DNA from: Macrostomum lignano
Taxonomy: Eukaryota
DNA length: 64,000 bases
NCBI GenBank assembly: GCA_002269645.1
Contig: NIVC01000438.1
Location: 287,379-351,378 of the forward strand
Reading direction: 5' to 3'
A model generated the notes under the pieces. That model had not been told where the DNA came from, ran no database searches, and saw nothing but the letters and a program-made list of their open reading frames with translations. A program made the translations under genes and the position numbers. Positions 63,840-64,000 of this stretch are shown in pieces; position 1 is the stretch's first letter; every line of letters starts with the position of its first letter.

Positions 63840-64000
63840 GTGAGTGGCTTCTGCTGTGCCTGTACTGTCTGGGATGTGCTGGATTGCTAATCTAGCCAGT
63901 ATATGATCAACTAGAATAGAATGGATTGCTAATCTAGCCAATCACAGATCAATTAGAATGGAATTAATTTTATAATCTAGCCAATCACAGATCAATTGGA

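Overview
Eukaryotic, animal genomic DNA with spliced genes (GT-AG introns) and dense minisatellites and DNA transposons. The style suggests an invertebrate, possibly a flatworm such as Macrostomum; that is inference only. The main structure is an ~18.6-kb DNA transposon (7474-26085) bounded by ~3.1-kb near-identical terminal inverted repeats and a 7-bp target-site duplication (GAAGCTT). It carries two convergent spliced genes: an apparently intact 9-exon, 749-aa KDZ (Kyakuja-Dileera-Zisupton) transposase with a CxC cysteine cluster, and a 5-exon gene for an HMG-box-like protein. Between them lies a nest of a dead Tc1 and several MITEs. Outside the element are part of a Claspin-like gene, an internally deleted mariner inside a foldback-like element, and a 3-exon ankyrin-repeat + Mab-21/cGAS-like nucleotidyltransferase (cGLR) fusion gene. 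Further along are two tandem, lesion-bearing DEG/ENaC channel paralogs with unusual low-complexity N-termini, two copies of a Helitron-like non-autonomous family, a 500-bp-TIR element, and part of a Pol mu/TdT-like X-family polymerase gene. Most long ORFs in the supplied track are artefacts of tandem repeats. All splice models were derived by hand from GT-AG sites and phase consistency, and no database searches were run.
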